Of a DNA stretch of 64,000 nt, positions 11,820-25,784 are shown one piece after another. Under the pieces are notes generated by a model. The model was not told the origin of the DNA. It did no database searches and was given only the letters and a program-made list of their open reading frames with translations. Numbering within the stretch: position 1 is the stretch's first letter; every line of letters begins with the position of its first letter. Source of the stretch: Chiloscyllium plagiosum (lineage: Eukaryota); the NCBI RefSeq assembly GCF_004010195.1, contig NC_057719.1, positions 87,118,274-87,182,273 on the forward strand. Reading direction: 5' to 3'. Made by a program: the position numbers and the translations under genes.

Positions 11820-14010
11820 TGGAGACCAGAATTGCATACAGTATTCCAAAAGTGGCCTAATTAATGTTCTGTACAGCTGCGACATGACCTCCTAACTCCT
11901 GTACTCCATACTCTGACCAATAAAGGCAAGCATACCAAATACTGCCTTCACTATCCTATCGACTTGTGACTCCACTTTCAAGGAACTATGAACCTGCTTC
12001 TTTGTTCAGCAGCACTCCCCAAGTCTTTACCATTATATGTGTGAGTCCTACCCTGATTTGCCTTTCCAAAATGCAGCACCTCACATTGATCGAAATTAAA
12101 CTCCATCTGCCACTCCTCAGCCCATTGGGCCATCTGATCAAGATCCTGTTCAGGTACTGAGGACTTAACCACTTTATGCATTTTAAGACCTCTATGTCCC
12201 CGCATTCTGTATCTCCCTTGTCCTTTTCCACAGTAAACACTAATGCAAAATACTCATTTAGTATCACCCCCATCTCTTGAGGTTCCACACATGGGACAGC
12301 ATGCTGAACTTTGAGGGAGCCTTTTGTCCTTAAAGTCTTTCTAAACCCCTTGGGATTCTCCTTAACCCTGTTTGCCAAAGCTATCTCATATCCCCTTTTT
12401 GCCTTCCTGATTTCCGTCTTAAGTATACTCCTACTGCCTTTATACTCTTCTCAGGATTCACTGAATTTCTGCTGTCTATACCTGACATTTGCTTCCTTTT
12501 TCTTAATAAAAACTTCAGTTTCTCTAGTCAACCAGCATTTCCAACACCACCTAGCCTTTCCTTGAACCCTAACAGAAACATAGTGTCTCTGGACACTCAC
12601 TATCTCATTTTTGAAGGCTTCCCATTTTCTAGCCATCCCTTTCACTTGCGAACAACTGCCCCAATCAACTTTTGAAAGTTCTTCCCTAATACTGTCAAAA
12701 TTGGCCTTCCTCCAATTTAGAACTTCAACTTTTAGATCTGGTCTATCCTTTCTCATCACTATTTTAAAACTAATAGAATTATGGTCACTGACCCCAAAAT
12801 GCTCCCCCACTGACATCTCAGTCACCTGCCCTGCCTTATTTCCCAACAGTAGGTCAAGTTTTGCACCTTCTGTAGTAGGTACATCCACATATTGATTCAG
12901 AGCATTTTCTTGTACACACAACAAATTCCTCTCCATCTAAACCCTTATCATTATGGCAGTCCCAGCCTATGTTTGGACAGTTAAAATCCACTACCATAAC
13001 CACCCTATTATTCTTATAGATAACTGAGGTCCCTTCACAAATTTGTGTCTCAATTTCCTGCTGACTATTGCGGGGGTCTACAGTATAATCCCAATTCCTT
13101 TCTTATTTTTCATTTCCACCCAAATAACCGCCCTGGATGTATTTCCAGGAATATCCTCCCTCAGCACAGCCGTGATGTTATCCTTTATCAAAAATGCCAT
13201 TCTCTCTCCTCTCTTGCCTTCCTTCCTGTGTAGCATTTGTATCCTGGGACATTAAGCTGCCAGTCCTGTCCATCCCTGAGCCATGTTTCTGTAATTGCTG
13301 TGATATCCCAGTTCCATGTTCTGAGCTATGCCCTGAGTTCATCTGCTTTCCCTGTTGGGTCTCTTGCATTGAAATAAATACGTTTAAATCATCAGTCCTA
13401 CTTCGTGCTCTGCTTTGTTCCTGCCTACCCTGACTGTTCAACTTGCTCCCTTTCCCAATTGTAGCAATCTCAGACTGGTCTCTTGCCTCACTATCTCCCT
13501 GGGTCCCAACTGCATCCCCCTCCAAAAAAATTTAAACCTAGCAAATCTACCTGCCAGTATATTAGACCCCTTCCAATTCAGGTGCAATCCGCCCTCATTG
13601 TACAGGTCACTTTTGGCCGAGAAGAGATTCCAAGGATTCAGAAATGTGAACCCTTCTCCCATATACCAGCTCCTCAACCACACATTCATCTGGTCTGTCC
13701 TCCTATTCCCATCCTCACTAGCGTGTAGCACTGAGAGTAATCCAGATAGTACTACCCTCGAGGACCTTTTGTTTTTAAATTTCTGCCTAAGTTTCTATAT
13801 TCTCCCTTCTGAATCTCATCCTTTTCCCTTCCTGTGATATTAGTTGTAATGTCCACAATGACTTCTTGCTGGCCCCTCTCATTTGAGAATATTCTGCACT
13901 GTCTCAGAAGTATCGTTGATCCTGACACCAGGAAGGCAACGCACCATTCTGATTTCTTGCTGTTGGCCACAAACATCTGTCTGTGCCTCTGACTAAAGTA
14001 GTCCCCATCA
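11820..14010 (-). mobile_element. Internally deleted CR1 LINE with ORF1 esterase, APE endonuclease and RT remnants
   Basis: ORF1 SGNH-esterase-like NVWLRSWY..GLHLNWKG (13438-13731); endonuclease PTTEGAKLDLLL..SDHN (12451-12936); RT tail QWAEEWQMEFN..CEVLHFG (11978-12205). Confidence 0.88.
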
Positions 14011-16117
14011 CAATCTGTTGTATTTCTTGCTAGTTTTCTCTCATTCTCCAATGTTTCCTGCTTTTGTTTAATTTCCTTCTTCAATTTAAAACTCTTCCAA
14101 TTTTCTGACCTGCCATTAATTTGTGCACATTTCTTGTTTTCATTTGATTTCATCCTGGTCACTGGATAAATATATGGACGAGAATGGAATAGTGTAGTTT
14201 AGATGGGCTTCAGATCGGTGCATCATCACAGGCCGAAGGGCCTGTACTGCACTGTATTGTTCTATGTTAATTTCCTTAATTAGATGAAATGGTCCATACT
14301 TCTCTTTAAGTCTCTCTCTTTCACAGTGGAATATATCTTCTGGTTGTACTGATTCTTAAATGTCTGCCACTGTTTCTTTCTGATCTTATTGTCTAACCTA
14401 TTTTACCATTCCATTTTACCAACTCAGTTTCAGATCATTTATTTAAACCCTCAGACTGTGAAATTCTCTTATAATTACTTTTACCTTGAGGATGCCTTAC
14501 TGTGAGGTCATAATTAATTAATCTTGTTTCACTATGCATTACTGGATCCAAATAGCCTGTTCACTGGTTAATTTGAGAATGTGATGTTCTGAGCAACTGT
14601 CTCATTTTTTGGTTTCATTCATTGGATGTGAGTATTCCTGGCTGGGCCAGCATTTATTGTTCCTCTCTAGTTGCTCTTCAAAAGGTGGTGGTGAGCTGAG
14701 CTCATCCTCCACATTAACTTTGCCAACTTGATTCATGTGATCCTCATTGTTAAAATTTTCCACAGTTATTGCAGGATCTTTCCTCTTATTGCCCATATTA
14801 TGTCATGGTGTACTGTAGGACAATATAAATCTAATGTTGTGGCACCAAGAAGCCGGTTTAATCTGCCATTTCTTTACTTAGCTGTTTCTTGCTTCACCCG
14901 AACTGATTCTGCATTTTGATCCTACCAATTTGCTTGTGGCTCAAGTAGGAATCCTGAGATTATGACTTTGTCACTGTCCTTTTATACTTTCACATTTAGC
15001 TGTTCATTTTCCCTCTGTATGACCTCTTTAGTCGCCCTGCTTATGTTACTGGTACTCATGTGGGCCACCACAACTGGGTCCTCCAAGTTCTCCTGCATTT
15101 ATCCCCACAAAAATGCCATATCTGTTAAACAGTTGAAAGGCCTGAAGCTGCTTATTGCTTCTGGGTCCCCACATTTGCCTCTCTTACAGTCCAAACCCTC
15201 TTGTCAGTGATCATGGACCAAATCTGAAGGAGTGTGGCAATTGCCATGAGCGAAGCATTTAGGTAATTTTGCACATCCGAATGCATAATGGTATCTGAAG
15301 TTCGGACCCCAAATCAAATTCTGAGTCCAGTTCCTTAATATTCAGATGCAGCAGATGTGTTTGCTACATAGCTCACAGGTGTCCACTGTATCCATATACT
15401 ACAACTACGCATCTCTTATCTTGCCATCTATTTTCCTAAGTTTCAAATGTTTTGAACAGCACCCAATGATTATCCCAAGTTATAATAAGTGTAACTGGTT
15501 ATACTGTATATCACTCATAGTCTCTTGGTGTATTATTGGTCCCCAGGTTTGATATATTGGGAGCTAAGGTGGGGACATAAAACTCTTAATCACCTTCCTG
15601 CACCTATTTACTGCTTCCAGGCTTCAGCTTCGGATCTCGTTGTCTCCGGCTCCCTCTTTTGTGCTGCTCCCTTTTGTGAAGGTCACAAAAGCACCTTCAT
15701 ATTTACTCCACCATATTCTCAGATTTAAGGACCTGGTTTTGCTGCGTCCACTCTCCAGTTGCCACTTTTCTGTGATTTATTTTGTGCGTTTGTCAAACTT
15801 CCTTTATTTATACTTGCTCACCATCTAATGCACTGAGTCAGCCATTGCTGGGAAGAGAACCAGTGTAAACTAGTCATTGCAGCTGCCTGTTTCACTATTA
15901 CGTGGTCTCTTGACTACCCCTGTTCGTGTGATTGATCTTTGTATTTTACTTCTGTCCACGTGGATTTTGTTTGTGGTTCACCAAAAGCTATAATTTCATT
16001 CTACTGTGTATGTTATCTCAAATAAATAGAGCTGTGCCAGCGCTCTTTTCCATTTTCATATTTTCTAAGTATATTATGCCTTGTAGTGTTTCATTCCTAA
16101 TTTTGGTATTCCCGTAA

Positions 16118-16320
16118 TGAAAACAAATTGCTGGAGGAATTCTGCTCTCGCAGCATCTGTGGAGAAAGAAACATGAGTCAACATTTCAATTCCAGTGACT
16201 TCTCATTGGGTTATGAAGAAGTGTCATTAGATTTGAAATGTTAGTTCTATTTTTCTGCTGAATTTCTCGAGCATTTTCTGTTTTTATTTGAAATTTTCAG
16301 CATTCACGGTATTTTGTTTT
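16118..16320. mobile_element. Old, diverged palindromic PLE-type miniature element
   Basis: aaacaaattgctggag..cagcatctgtggagaaagaaac..aacatttc left arm with a decayed inverted right arm; same layout as 54745-54972. Confidence 0.55.
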
Positions 16321-17644
16321 TGTGGTCTTTCTGGATGTTATATTAATGTCTCTATATTCCTTATATCAGAATCCTCAATTTATTGTTGCCTCCAGTTCTA
16401 TTGATTCATTACGGACAAAAATAGCAATAATGTTTTTCTTTGATCTATGGTGTTGATTTGATGTTTGTCGTTGGGGTCAATTTTATTGAGATATCGGACA
16501 AATCAATCTCATTTAACAGTCGCATAGGTTAGACCTTTTATCACTTTTCTTTCAATTTACAAATTGTTATTCATTTCATTATAAGGTAGAAAACAAAATA
16601 TTTTACTTGGCATTCAGTGGTACTGGTACCGTCAAGGTAAATGAAATAACATTTGCAGGGAGTGGGTAAATGTCACATGGTTGAGCTTTTCCTAATCAAA
16701 ACCAGTGGAATCCATTGTCATATGACCAAATCTTCCATATTGCGTCAAACCTGAATTGACCATCCTAGTTCCACTTGGCCTCCTGCTCAATCCCTACGTA
16801 TGAATGTACAAATTAGGAACAGGAATAGGTTGTTCAGCCCTTTAGGCCTGCTCAACCATTTGATAAGGTCATGGCTGATCTGATTGTGGCCTCAACTCCA
16901 TTCCAACCACTTCAGTTTAACACAGCCTCAGAAAAATTCAATTATGACCCAGCCTCCACCGCTCACCAGCAAAGGGAATTTCAAAGATCAACAACCTACC
17001 AACAGAAAATAATTCTCTTCACTTTAAATGAGTTACGAACTCTAAGCTTACTTCCCACCTACTCAATTGCTAAGCCACTTGCCCCTTGCCATTCTGCTCT
17101 TTTTGTTCAACTTCTGCTTTCCACAGAATGGTCTCTGTCAATGCTTCCTCTCCCTCCCACAATCTGCTCACACTCTTTGCCCTTTTAGCCTGTTTGGCGC
17201 CTCTATCCATCTCCCCAGCATCCGTCTCATTTTCTCCATCCTGTACTCATACCCACCCCAAACCTCCAGCCTGCTTGCCAGCAACTCACTTTGTTTTCCT
17301 GCTTCTCTCCGCTCTGCCTCTCCAGCCTCAACTGAATTGAATTTCTCAGATTTTATGATGAAGGAATTGTTCTCTTCGTTTCAAGGCCCGTTGCTTTAGC
17401 CTTTAGGAAATCTGTGTGCAGTGTTCTCGTGCTGTATATAACCATACTTTTCTCCTGTTTAGTTAGTGAATTCCTGTTAATTGACAGCTTGTTTCTGCTT
17501 ATTAGCATAAGTTACCTGCTTTCAATTGAGTTTGAGATATTAGAAACAAGTCCTGTCCTGTCTTTTTTTTTAACTTGAAGGTTAATGTTTTCAAAAAATT
17601 CTGAATATGGGCTGTGGTTTGGCATTGTCCCAGTCTAATTGAAA

Positions 17645-18662
17645 GCATGGGAATAGAGTCAGAAATCTACAGCACATCAAAAGAACCTTTGGCCCATCTT
17701 TATCCTGTGCTGGTCATAAGCAACCACCTAATTACTCTCATCCCATTTTCCAGCACTTGGTCCATAGCCTTATGTGCCTTTGCATCACAAGTGCACAACT
17801 AAATACTACTACAAACTCTCCCATCCTTACAACCAGTGAGTTCCAGATTCCCACCACCCTCTTGGTGAAAATGATTTTCCTCACATCTCCTCCAAATTGC
17901 CTGTCTCTTCCCTTAAGTCTATGCCCACTGGTCCTTGACCCTTCATTGGGAGAAACGTTTCTTCCTGTCTATCCTATCTATACCACTTAATTTTATACAT
18001 TTCAGTCTGTCCCCTCTCAATCTCCTCTGCTCCAAAGAAAATAGCCCCAGTCTGTCATTTTAGCTAAAGCACTCCGGCCCAGGAAACATCCTGGTCAATC
18101 TCCTTGCCCTCTTCACTGTAATCACATCCCTCAATAATGTGGATTCTAGAGCTATACGCAATATTCTAACCATGGCCAAAGCAACGTTTTTATACAGCTC
18201 CAGCATAACCTCCTTGCGCTTAAACTTTGGTTAATACAGGCAAGCATTCCATATGGTGCCTTAATCTACCTGTCCGACTACTTCTCAGGGACAGTACACA
18301 TGCACACCAAGGTCCCTTTGATCCTCAGTGCTTCCCAGCTTCTTACCTTGCATTGTGCATATAGTTACCTTGTTTGTCCTGCTCAAGTGCATCAGCTCAT
18401 GTTTATCGGTTTGAATTCCGTTTGCCTGATGTTCATCTGACCAGCACATGTATATCCTCCTGTAATCTAAGGCTATCCTCTCACTATTTATCATCCCACC
18501 AATTTTTATAACATCTGTAAACTTAGTGATAAACTCTCTTACATTGAAGTCTAAATCATTTATGCCCCCAACACTGACTCCTGTGGGACACCACTGGATG
18601 CAGACCTCCAGTTGGAAAAACACCCCTCAACTATCACCCTCTGCTTACTGTCACTCAGCCAA
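17645..18662 (-). mobile_element. CR1 LINE 3' fragment
   Basis: Minus-strand peptide INDLDFNV..KFTDVIKIGG..EDQRDLGVHV. Confidence 0.8.
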
Positions 18663-18671
18663 GTATGGATT

Positions 18672-19070
18672 CATGATTTGGAGATGCCGGTGTTGGACTG
18701 GGGTGTACAAAGTTCAAAATCGCACAACACCAGCTTATAGTCCAACAGGTTTAATTGGAAGCGCACTAGTTTTTGAAGCGCCGCTCCTTCATCAGGTGGT
18801 TGTGAAGGACACAATTGTAAGGCACAAAATTTATAGCAAAAGTTTACAGTGTGATGTAACTGAAATTATACATTGAAAAATACCTTGATTGTCTGTTGAG
18901 TCTTTCATCTGTTCGAATACCATGATAGTTTCACTACTTTCATGTGCAAATCACAAAACCTTTTTTAAAAAGTTGCATTCTCAGGTTAGCTGTAACAGTT
19001 GGTGTGAGCTAGAATATGTTGAAGGTGTTAGGCCACTGTGTTCTCTGTCTATGCCATGATGTTTAGATAG
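18672..19070 (-). mobile_element. Penelope-like terminal fragment, family C, with a decayed hammerhead at 18764-18798
   Basis: The reverse complement reads cac-CTGATGA-A-GGAGC(GGC)GCTTC-AAAA-ACTA-gtg followed by aaacctgttggactataa, shared with 56758-57033 and 57340-57450. Confidence 0.65.
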
Positions 19071-19405
19071 ATTCTAGATTTGGAAGGTGCTGTTGAAGGA
19101 ACCTTGGTGATTACCACAGTATATTTTGCAGATGGCGCATACTGTTGTCACAGGAAATCAGACCATTAGAAAGATAATTCATTCCCCTATTCTCCCTGAA
19201 CACTGTATTTTTGCAGACAGGTTTATGAAGGGTGAAGGCATCTGGGCAGACAAGGTGCTGGTGTGGACCTGTTGAATGATGGAGCATGCTTGAGGAGCTT
19301 AATAGACTACTCATGTTCCCACTTATGGTTTTAAGGAGGCTATCATATCTGCACCAGTCAACAAAGATATAACTATGCTAATTCTATTCTGGGGTAATGT
19401 GAGGG

Positions 19406-19978
19406 GAGGGGAAATGAGGAAACTGGTGAAATCCACATTGATCCCATGTGGTTGGAGGGTCCGAAGGCGGAAGATGAGGTGTTCTTTCTCTAGGCGTCAG
19501 GTGGTTAGGGTTTGGCAATGGAGGAGGCTAGGACCTCTATCGCCAAACCCTAACCACCTGATGCCTGGAGGAAGGATACCTCATGTTCCCACTTGGGACT
19601 TTCCAACCACATGGGATCAATGTGGATTTCACCAGTTTCCTCATTTTCCACTTCTCCCACCTTATCCCAGATCCAACCTTCCAACTTGACATCACCCTCA
19701 TGACCTGTCCTACCTGTCCATCTTCCTTCCCACCTATCCGCTCCACCCTCCTCTCCAACCTTATCACTATTACCCCACCTCAGTCTACCTCTGAGCTATC
19801 TTCACCCAACCCCCCCCCTCCCATTTGTCTCTGCATTCCCTTGGCTCACAAGCCTCATTCCTGAGGAAGGGCTTTTGCCTAAAACGTCAATTCTCCTGCT
19901 GTGAATTCTGATGCTGTGTGACCTGCTGTGCTTTTCCAGCATCTCATGCCCGAATCTAATCTCCAGCATTTGCAGTCA
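19406..19978 (+). mobile_element. Penelope-like 3' end with an inverted 5' segment and a mutated hammerhead (19857-19890)
   Basis: LGTFQPHGINVDF resembles the PLE ORF C-terminus (compare 55640-55720). 19406-19524 is inverted relative to ~19535-19655. Motif attc-CTGAGGA-A-GGGC(TTTT)GCCT-AAAACGTC has lost the GAAA box. Confidence 0.8.
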
Positions 19979-21396
19979 TAAAGATGTACAGCATGGAAAC
20001 AGACCCTCCGGTCCAACTCGTCCATGCCGACCAGATATCCCAACCCAATCTAGTCCCACCTGACAGCACCTGGCTCATGTCCCTCCAAATCCCTCCCATT
20101 CGTACACCCATCCAGATGCCTTTTAAATGTTGCAATTGTACTCGCCTCCACCAGTTCCTCTGGCAGCTCATTCCATACATGCACCACCCTCAGCATGAAA
20201 AAGTTGCCCCTCGGGTCTCTCTTATATCTTTCCCCTCTCACCCTAAACCTATGCCCTCTAGTTCTGGACTTGCCCCACCCAGGGAAAAGACTTTGTCTAT
20301 TTATCCTATCCAAGTCCCTCATGATTTTATAAACCTCCAGGGAAAACAGCCCTAGCCTATTCAACCCTTCCCTACAGCTCAAATCCTCCAATACGGGCAA
20401 CATTCTTGTAAATCTTTTCTGAACCCTTTCAAGTTTCACAACATCTTTCCAATAGGAAGGAGACCAGAATTGCACGCAAGATTCCAACAGTGGCCTAACC
20501 AATGTCCTGTACAACCGCAACATGTCCTCCCAACTCCTGTACTCAATACTCTGACCGATAAAGGAAAGCATACCAAACGCCGCTTGAAAGTTCTTGCCTC
20601 ATACCGTCAAAATTGGCCTTTCTCCAATTTAGAACTTCAACTTTTAGATCTGGTCTATCGTTTTCCATCACTATTTTAAAACGAATAGAATTATGGTCGC
20701 TGGCCCCAAAGTGCTCCCCCACTGACACCTCAGTCACCTGCCCTGCCTTATTTCCTAAGAGTAGGTCAAGTTTTGCACCTTCTCTCGTAGGTGCATCCAC
20801 ATACTGAATCAGGAAATTTTCTTGTACACACTTAACAAATTCCTCTCCATCTAAACCCTTAACTCTATGGCAGTCCCAGTCTATGCTTGGAAAGTTAAAA
20901 TCCCCTACCATAACTACCCTATTATTCTTATAGATAACTAAGGTCTCTTAACAAATTTGTGTCTCAATTTCCTGCTATTGGGGGGGTCTACAGTACAATC
21001 CCATTAAGGTGATCATTCCTTTTTTATTTTTCAATTCCACCTAAATAACATCCCTGAATGTATTTCCAGGAATATCCTCCCTCAGCACAGCTGTAATGCT
21101 ATCCCTTATCAAAAATGCCATTCCCCTCCTCTCTTGCCTTCCTTTCTATCCTTCCTGTAGCATTTGTATCCTGTCCATCCCTGAGCCATGTTTCTGTAAT
21201 TGCTATGATATCCCAGTCCCATGTTCCGAACTCTGCCATAAGTTCATCTGCTTTCCCTGATAGACCTCTTGCATTGAAATAAATGCAGTTTAATTTATCA
21301 GTCTTAACTTGTTTTCTGCTTTGTCCCTGCCTGCCCGGACTGTTTGTTCTCAACTTTAGCAGTCTCAGATGGAAATCCTTTCTCACTATCTCCCTG
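19975..21396 (-). mobile_element. Internally deleted CR1 LINE (endonuclease joined directly to the RT C-terminus and 3'UTR near 20582)
   Basis: CIYFNARGL..DIIAITETWL, VGDFNFPSIDW, LDLLL and SDHN (APE domain), then LYRTLVRPLLESCVQFWSP..LERVQKRFTRM. Confidence 0.9.
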
Positions 21397-21405
21397 GTAA
21401 GGTAT

Positions 21406-21530
21406 AAACAAGGACTGCAGATGCTGGAAACCAGAGTCTAGATTAGAGTGGTGCTGGAAAAGCACAGCAGGTCAGGCAGCATCCGAGGAGCAGGAAAATC
21501 GACGTTTCGTGCAAAAGCCCTTCATCAGCC
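21406..21530 (-). mobile_element. PLE family A terminal repeat with a hammerhead motif (21501-21528; helix II mismatch)
   Basis: The reverse complement reads CTGATGA-A-GGGC(TTTT)GCAC-GAAACGTC-gatt. Confidence 0.75.
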
Positions 21531-22282
21531 CTTATTCTAGTAAACCACCTCTACTGTCAAGCAATCATATCCTCCCTATAACATGGTCACCATATCTTCA
21601 TGCAATACTGTAGCTGTGGTCTAATCAATGTTTTATACATAAAGTTCCAGCATAAGCACCTTGCTTTTCTTATTTTCTATCTCTGCAAATGAAGGCAGCC
21701 AAAGGGGATCCTGTCTCTTTAAACTGCCAGTTATTCAGTTTGATGCTATGTTGAGCGAGCAACTAAGGAGAGGATCTGGTTCAATGTGTGAGTGAGCAGA
21801 GAAACTGGTTCAAGTTGCTGCTAGAAATGCAATGTCAGCTTGTGTCAAAACTCAGCAAAAATCTAGAAATTCAGTAATTAAAGTTTCAGCTGTTTTCAGA
21901 CTAGGTCCCATTAGGCAGGTTATATGCTTGCAAACAACAGGCTTGGAGTAGCTACAACTTTGCAAAAGTGCTGCAGCGACGGGAAGGGGAAAGGCAGTAA
22001 AGCACAGGCCTGGGCAAGATCAGTCTGTAAACAGGTTGCAGCTATTGACCAAAAGCCCACTTGGCATGATTAGTACCCTGGAAAAATGCCCAATGTTCCC
22101 CAGTCTGCACCGCTTTTTCAGTTAGTCTATCTCTTTGCTTTCGTTCTGTCTTCCCCCCCCCCACTTCTCTGTACCATCGTGTTACTACAATAATAATTTG
22201 CGTTTATCGAGCATCTTTAATGTATTAACATGTGCCAGGGTGTACATCTAAACAAAAAATTCTCACCAAACTCATTTGCCAA

Positions 22283-22635
22283 TCTTAGTTGGTAGCACTC
22301 TTGGCTCTGAGTTAAACTGGTGTGTTCAAATCCCAGTTCAGAGACTTGAGAACAGAAGTCTGGGTTGACACTCCACTGCAGTACTGAGAGAGCATGGTCT
22401 GCAATTGGAAAGTAAAGGTGATCTCCAGTGTGAACCCACAGACCTATATGTTACCAATGCAAAATTTTGAATAAGAATGGGGAAAGTCTGCCAGTGTCCT
22501 GACCACCATTTAATCCTCAATCAACGTCACTCGTCATTGAGAGCTTGTTGTAGATAAATTTGCTGCTGCATTTCATTGGCTGCAGAGCAGTTTGGAAAGT
22601 TGAGATTTGGAATAGTATTCTACAAATGCAAGTTT
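22283..22635 (+). mobile_element. Old tRNA-derived SINE, possibly DeuSINE/SacSINE1-like
   Basis: cttagttggtagcactcttg..ctgag..gttcaaatccca head and gacactccactgcagtactgag core; family assignment from recall only. Confidence 0.5.
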
Positions 22636-25400
22636 GTAATTTTCATGTGATATTAGCAGAAGTGATCCGTAGCTTTGTCAAATTGCTATTTTAAGCATCC
22701 ACATTTCTTTTAAATGCTGTAAAAGAGTTGGAGAGGTTTAGGGAGAAGCTTTCATTTCTTCCATCTTGAAGAGCTGAAGGCACAGGGTTGACCAAGGGTT
22801 CGGAGTTGGAGAAACATGGATCTGTGAAGTTGTTGAGCTGGGGAGGATACAGTGAAGCTCCTGCCTAACAGCTCATTGACAAAGCCACTGAAATTTATTA
22901 CCAATAGCACATGTTGATGGAAACACAGTATGTAATATGTGGATCATTGCTTGAAAAACATTTATATTTGTCTTTCTCATTTTACCCAGTTGCCTTCAGT
23001 CCCATATTTTGATTGGAGCAAGTCAGACGTTAATGAGAAGCTGTACCAGTGACTGGATCTGGTTGGGTTAAAAATGCCATCTTTACAAGAGGATGAAATG
23101 TTTGTCCCAGACCAGCCAGATTTTATTGATGGGCACAGCAGGTTCATTGTGCCCACTCCTGCTCCTAAATACTCTGTTTCTGTATTAGTGTCTTCATTAT
23201 GCCAGCAAGGTGCTGACCAGTCATGGGATGCACTTCGAGACACCAGCAACCCTCTAGGACATCTCTCAAAATGTCAGTGTTCCTAGGCCTTGGAGTGAAC
23301 TTGACCATGTACTTGTTGATTAGTCATGATCTCGTTGAATGGCGAAGCAGACTCCAAGCCAAGCAGCTTGTTCCTTGCTCTTGCTCGTATGCTTGGCAGC
23401 AAGTGGATTCACCATTTTGCAGTTGTCACTCTGCTTGAGATCAGCTGACTGAGCACAGTCTGTGTGGAGACATGGAAAGGTCAGTCTTTTAGAGACAGCA
23501 AAAAAATGCAAAACTGGCCTGAGGTTTTTCTGTCCTGTCCATCTATTTTGTCTCTATTGTTTTATTTAAACATTTCTCGAGACCAAATGTAAATGCAGGT
23601 TTCAGCTTTACACAATCATAATGACTTTCAGCATCTGTGAAAGGGATTTCCTGTTAGTGACTTAATGTGACCTTAATATGGAGAATACAGCTCTATTCAT
23701 GAGGCACATTATTTCAAACAGCAAGTTGGGGGGTGGGGGTGAATAGTTTGGAAATTCAAACTGAGTTTGTTTAAATAGTAAAATGAGGTGATTGGAGGGA
23801 GTGCTTTCGATTCTCTGCACTCTTCTCCCGCCCTTTCATCAAAATAAGTACTTAGTAGTCAGCGTAACACCAAAAAAGGCTAACAGTTCAGACATTAGAT
23901 TGTTGTTTCTGAGATGCAAGTGTTATATATTTCGCAAGAAACACAGGATGTTCAGTCCTGACTAAGAAAACAAATAGGGGTTTGGGAGTGGGCCCTGTTC
24001 TGGGAGTGTTCTGCCAGTTTCAAGCACCATTTAACCATGCCTTGCTGAGTTACTGCAGGTCTCTTCAGCCAATAATCAATTAACCCTTCAATTGCCAGCA
24101 ATGCCAGAGAATAGACCCTGTCCAGGACGGTGGCTAATTTCGGCCGTAACTATCAAGGGCTGCTTTAGTACTCTCTTAGTTTTATATAATTAATCACTTT
24201 TCTAACATAATATAGTATTTTATTCACAGGTGCTTCCTCACTATCTCCCATTCCAACTCCTATCTGTTTTAATCCAAAAGTTTTAAGTTGGCATGTTTTC
24301 TGTCTCAACCAAGATCCATTATACTTTCAAACCATTGACTCCAGCAATGTTAGTCTTTCTACCCTGTACTTACCGTGTCCCCTTCCTTGCCTCAAATCCC
24401 CCCCACCCTCCTCCTCAACCACCACTACTTCTGCCACCAGCAAAAGACTGTTACTCAGGCAGATTGAAACCAGGATTTGGTAGGTTAGGCATAGATGATA
24501 GTTGTGGTCATTTTAGAATGGGGTTGTGAAGGTGTCTGTAACCAGCAACTGGAGCCTAATCACAAGGAATGCTCCCCTGGTGCTTGAGGAATTAGTTCTG
24601 CAGCATGCACACTGATTCTGTGTGGTCCACCTGTTGGAAGGTATTTGGGATGTAGATTATTCTGGCATGACTTGAGCACTCCCCTTTGTTTCCCCAGGTT
24701 TATGTACAGAGCTGACTTAAGATTTGGAAAAATATGACCAGGAGTAGACCATTAAACCTGCTCTGCCATTCATTTAAGATCATAGCTGATCTCATTAGGT
24801 CTCAGTTGCACTTGCTTGCTTGTTCCCTCATAATTTTCAATGCTTCTGTCAATTTTTAAAAAAAATCTAGCTCACTCAACCTTGAATATTGTTAAGGGCC
24901 TAACCTCCTCCGCTGTCGAACAATTCCAAAGACCTTTTGCAAGAAGAAATTCTTCCTTATTTCTGTCTGATTGGGAGACCTTTAATTTTAAACTGTCCTC
25001 TCTAGTTGTAGATTCCCTGACGAAGCAAACTTCCTCTCAGCATTCACTTTCTCAAAATCCTGCAGAATTCCCTTCTGTTTCTCCCAGATTATGTACAATT
25101 GTCACACACGTGCAAATGCACAGATGCAGACCCGTACTCTCTCAGACCACCCTCCCCCCCACCCCCACACTTCTCTGCGCCACCTGCAGTGCCTTCACAT
25201 TCTAAGCGTAATAACTAGAATGGTGTAGTAGATTTCAGATGAAACTGAATTTAGAAATTATTTTAGAAAGGCTCACCGTGACTAACTTTGCATTCTGTGT
25301 ACATCTTGCATTTTTGATAATATAGGTCTATCAATATTGCTGTCAATAGTTAGGAATTCTGTTTTTCCTTTATTGATTCCCATCCTGAATGTTGTTTCAG

Positions 25401-25495
25401 GAGTACATGGTCTTCAGACAACATACTTACATGAGACTGGATGGCTCATCAAAAATATCTGAGAGACGGGACATGGTGGCAGACTTTCAAAGCAG
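25401..25495 (+). CDS. INO80: INO80 coding exon (EYMVFRQHTYMRLDGSSKISERRDMVADFQS(R))
   Basis: Acceptor gtttcAG and donor GTaag. Starts in phase 0, continuing the previous exon; contains the RLDGS motif. Absent from the ORF track. Confidence 0.96.
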
Positions 25496-25784
25496 GTAAG
25501 TGATAGACTGTGCTGCAGTGCGTCAGTCTGCAACTGCTTTTCAACAATATTGAAACAACTTTGATTCCTTCCTTATTTCTCAAACCTTTATCGAGAGGGA
25601 TATTGGCATAATCTTTCCTTGGCATCCTAAACAGGCTACTATCCCAGAATATATTCATTTTTACCCATGTTCAAGTATTATTCAAAGTCAGAAGTCTCAC
25701 AACACCAGGTCCTAATCCAACCGGTTTACTTGAAATCACAAGCTTTCAAAGCATAGCCCCTTCATTATGGTTAAAATCAGCCTA

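Noticed and set aside
11820..21396. Intact autonomous LINEs
   Set aside because: All CR1 copies have stops, frameshifts and large internal deletions.
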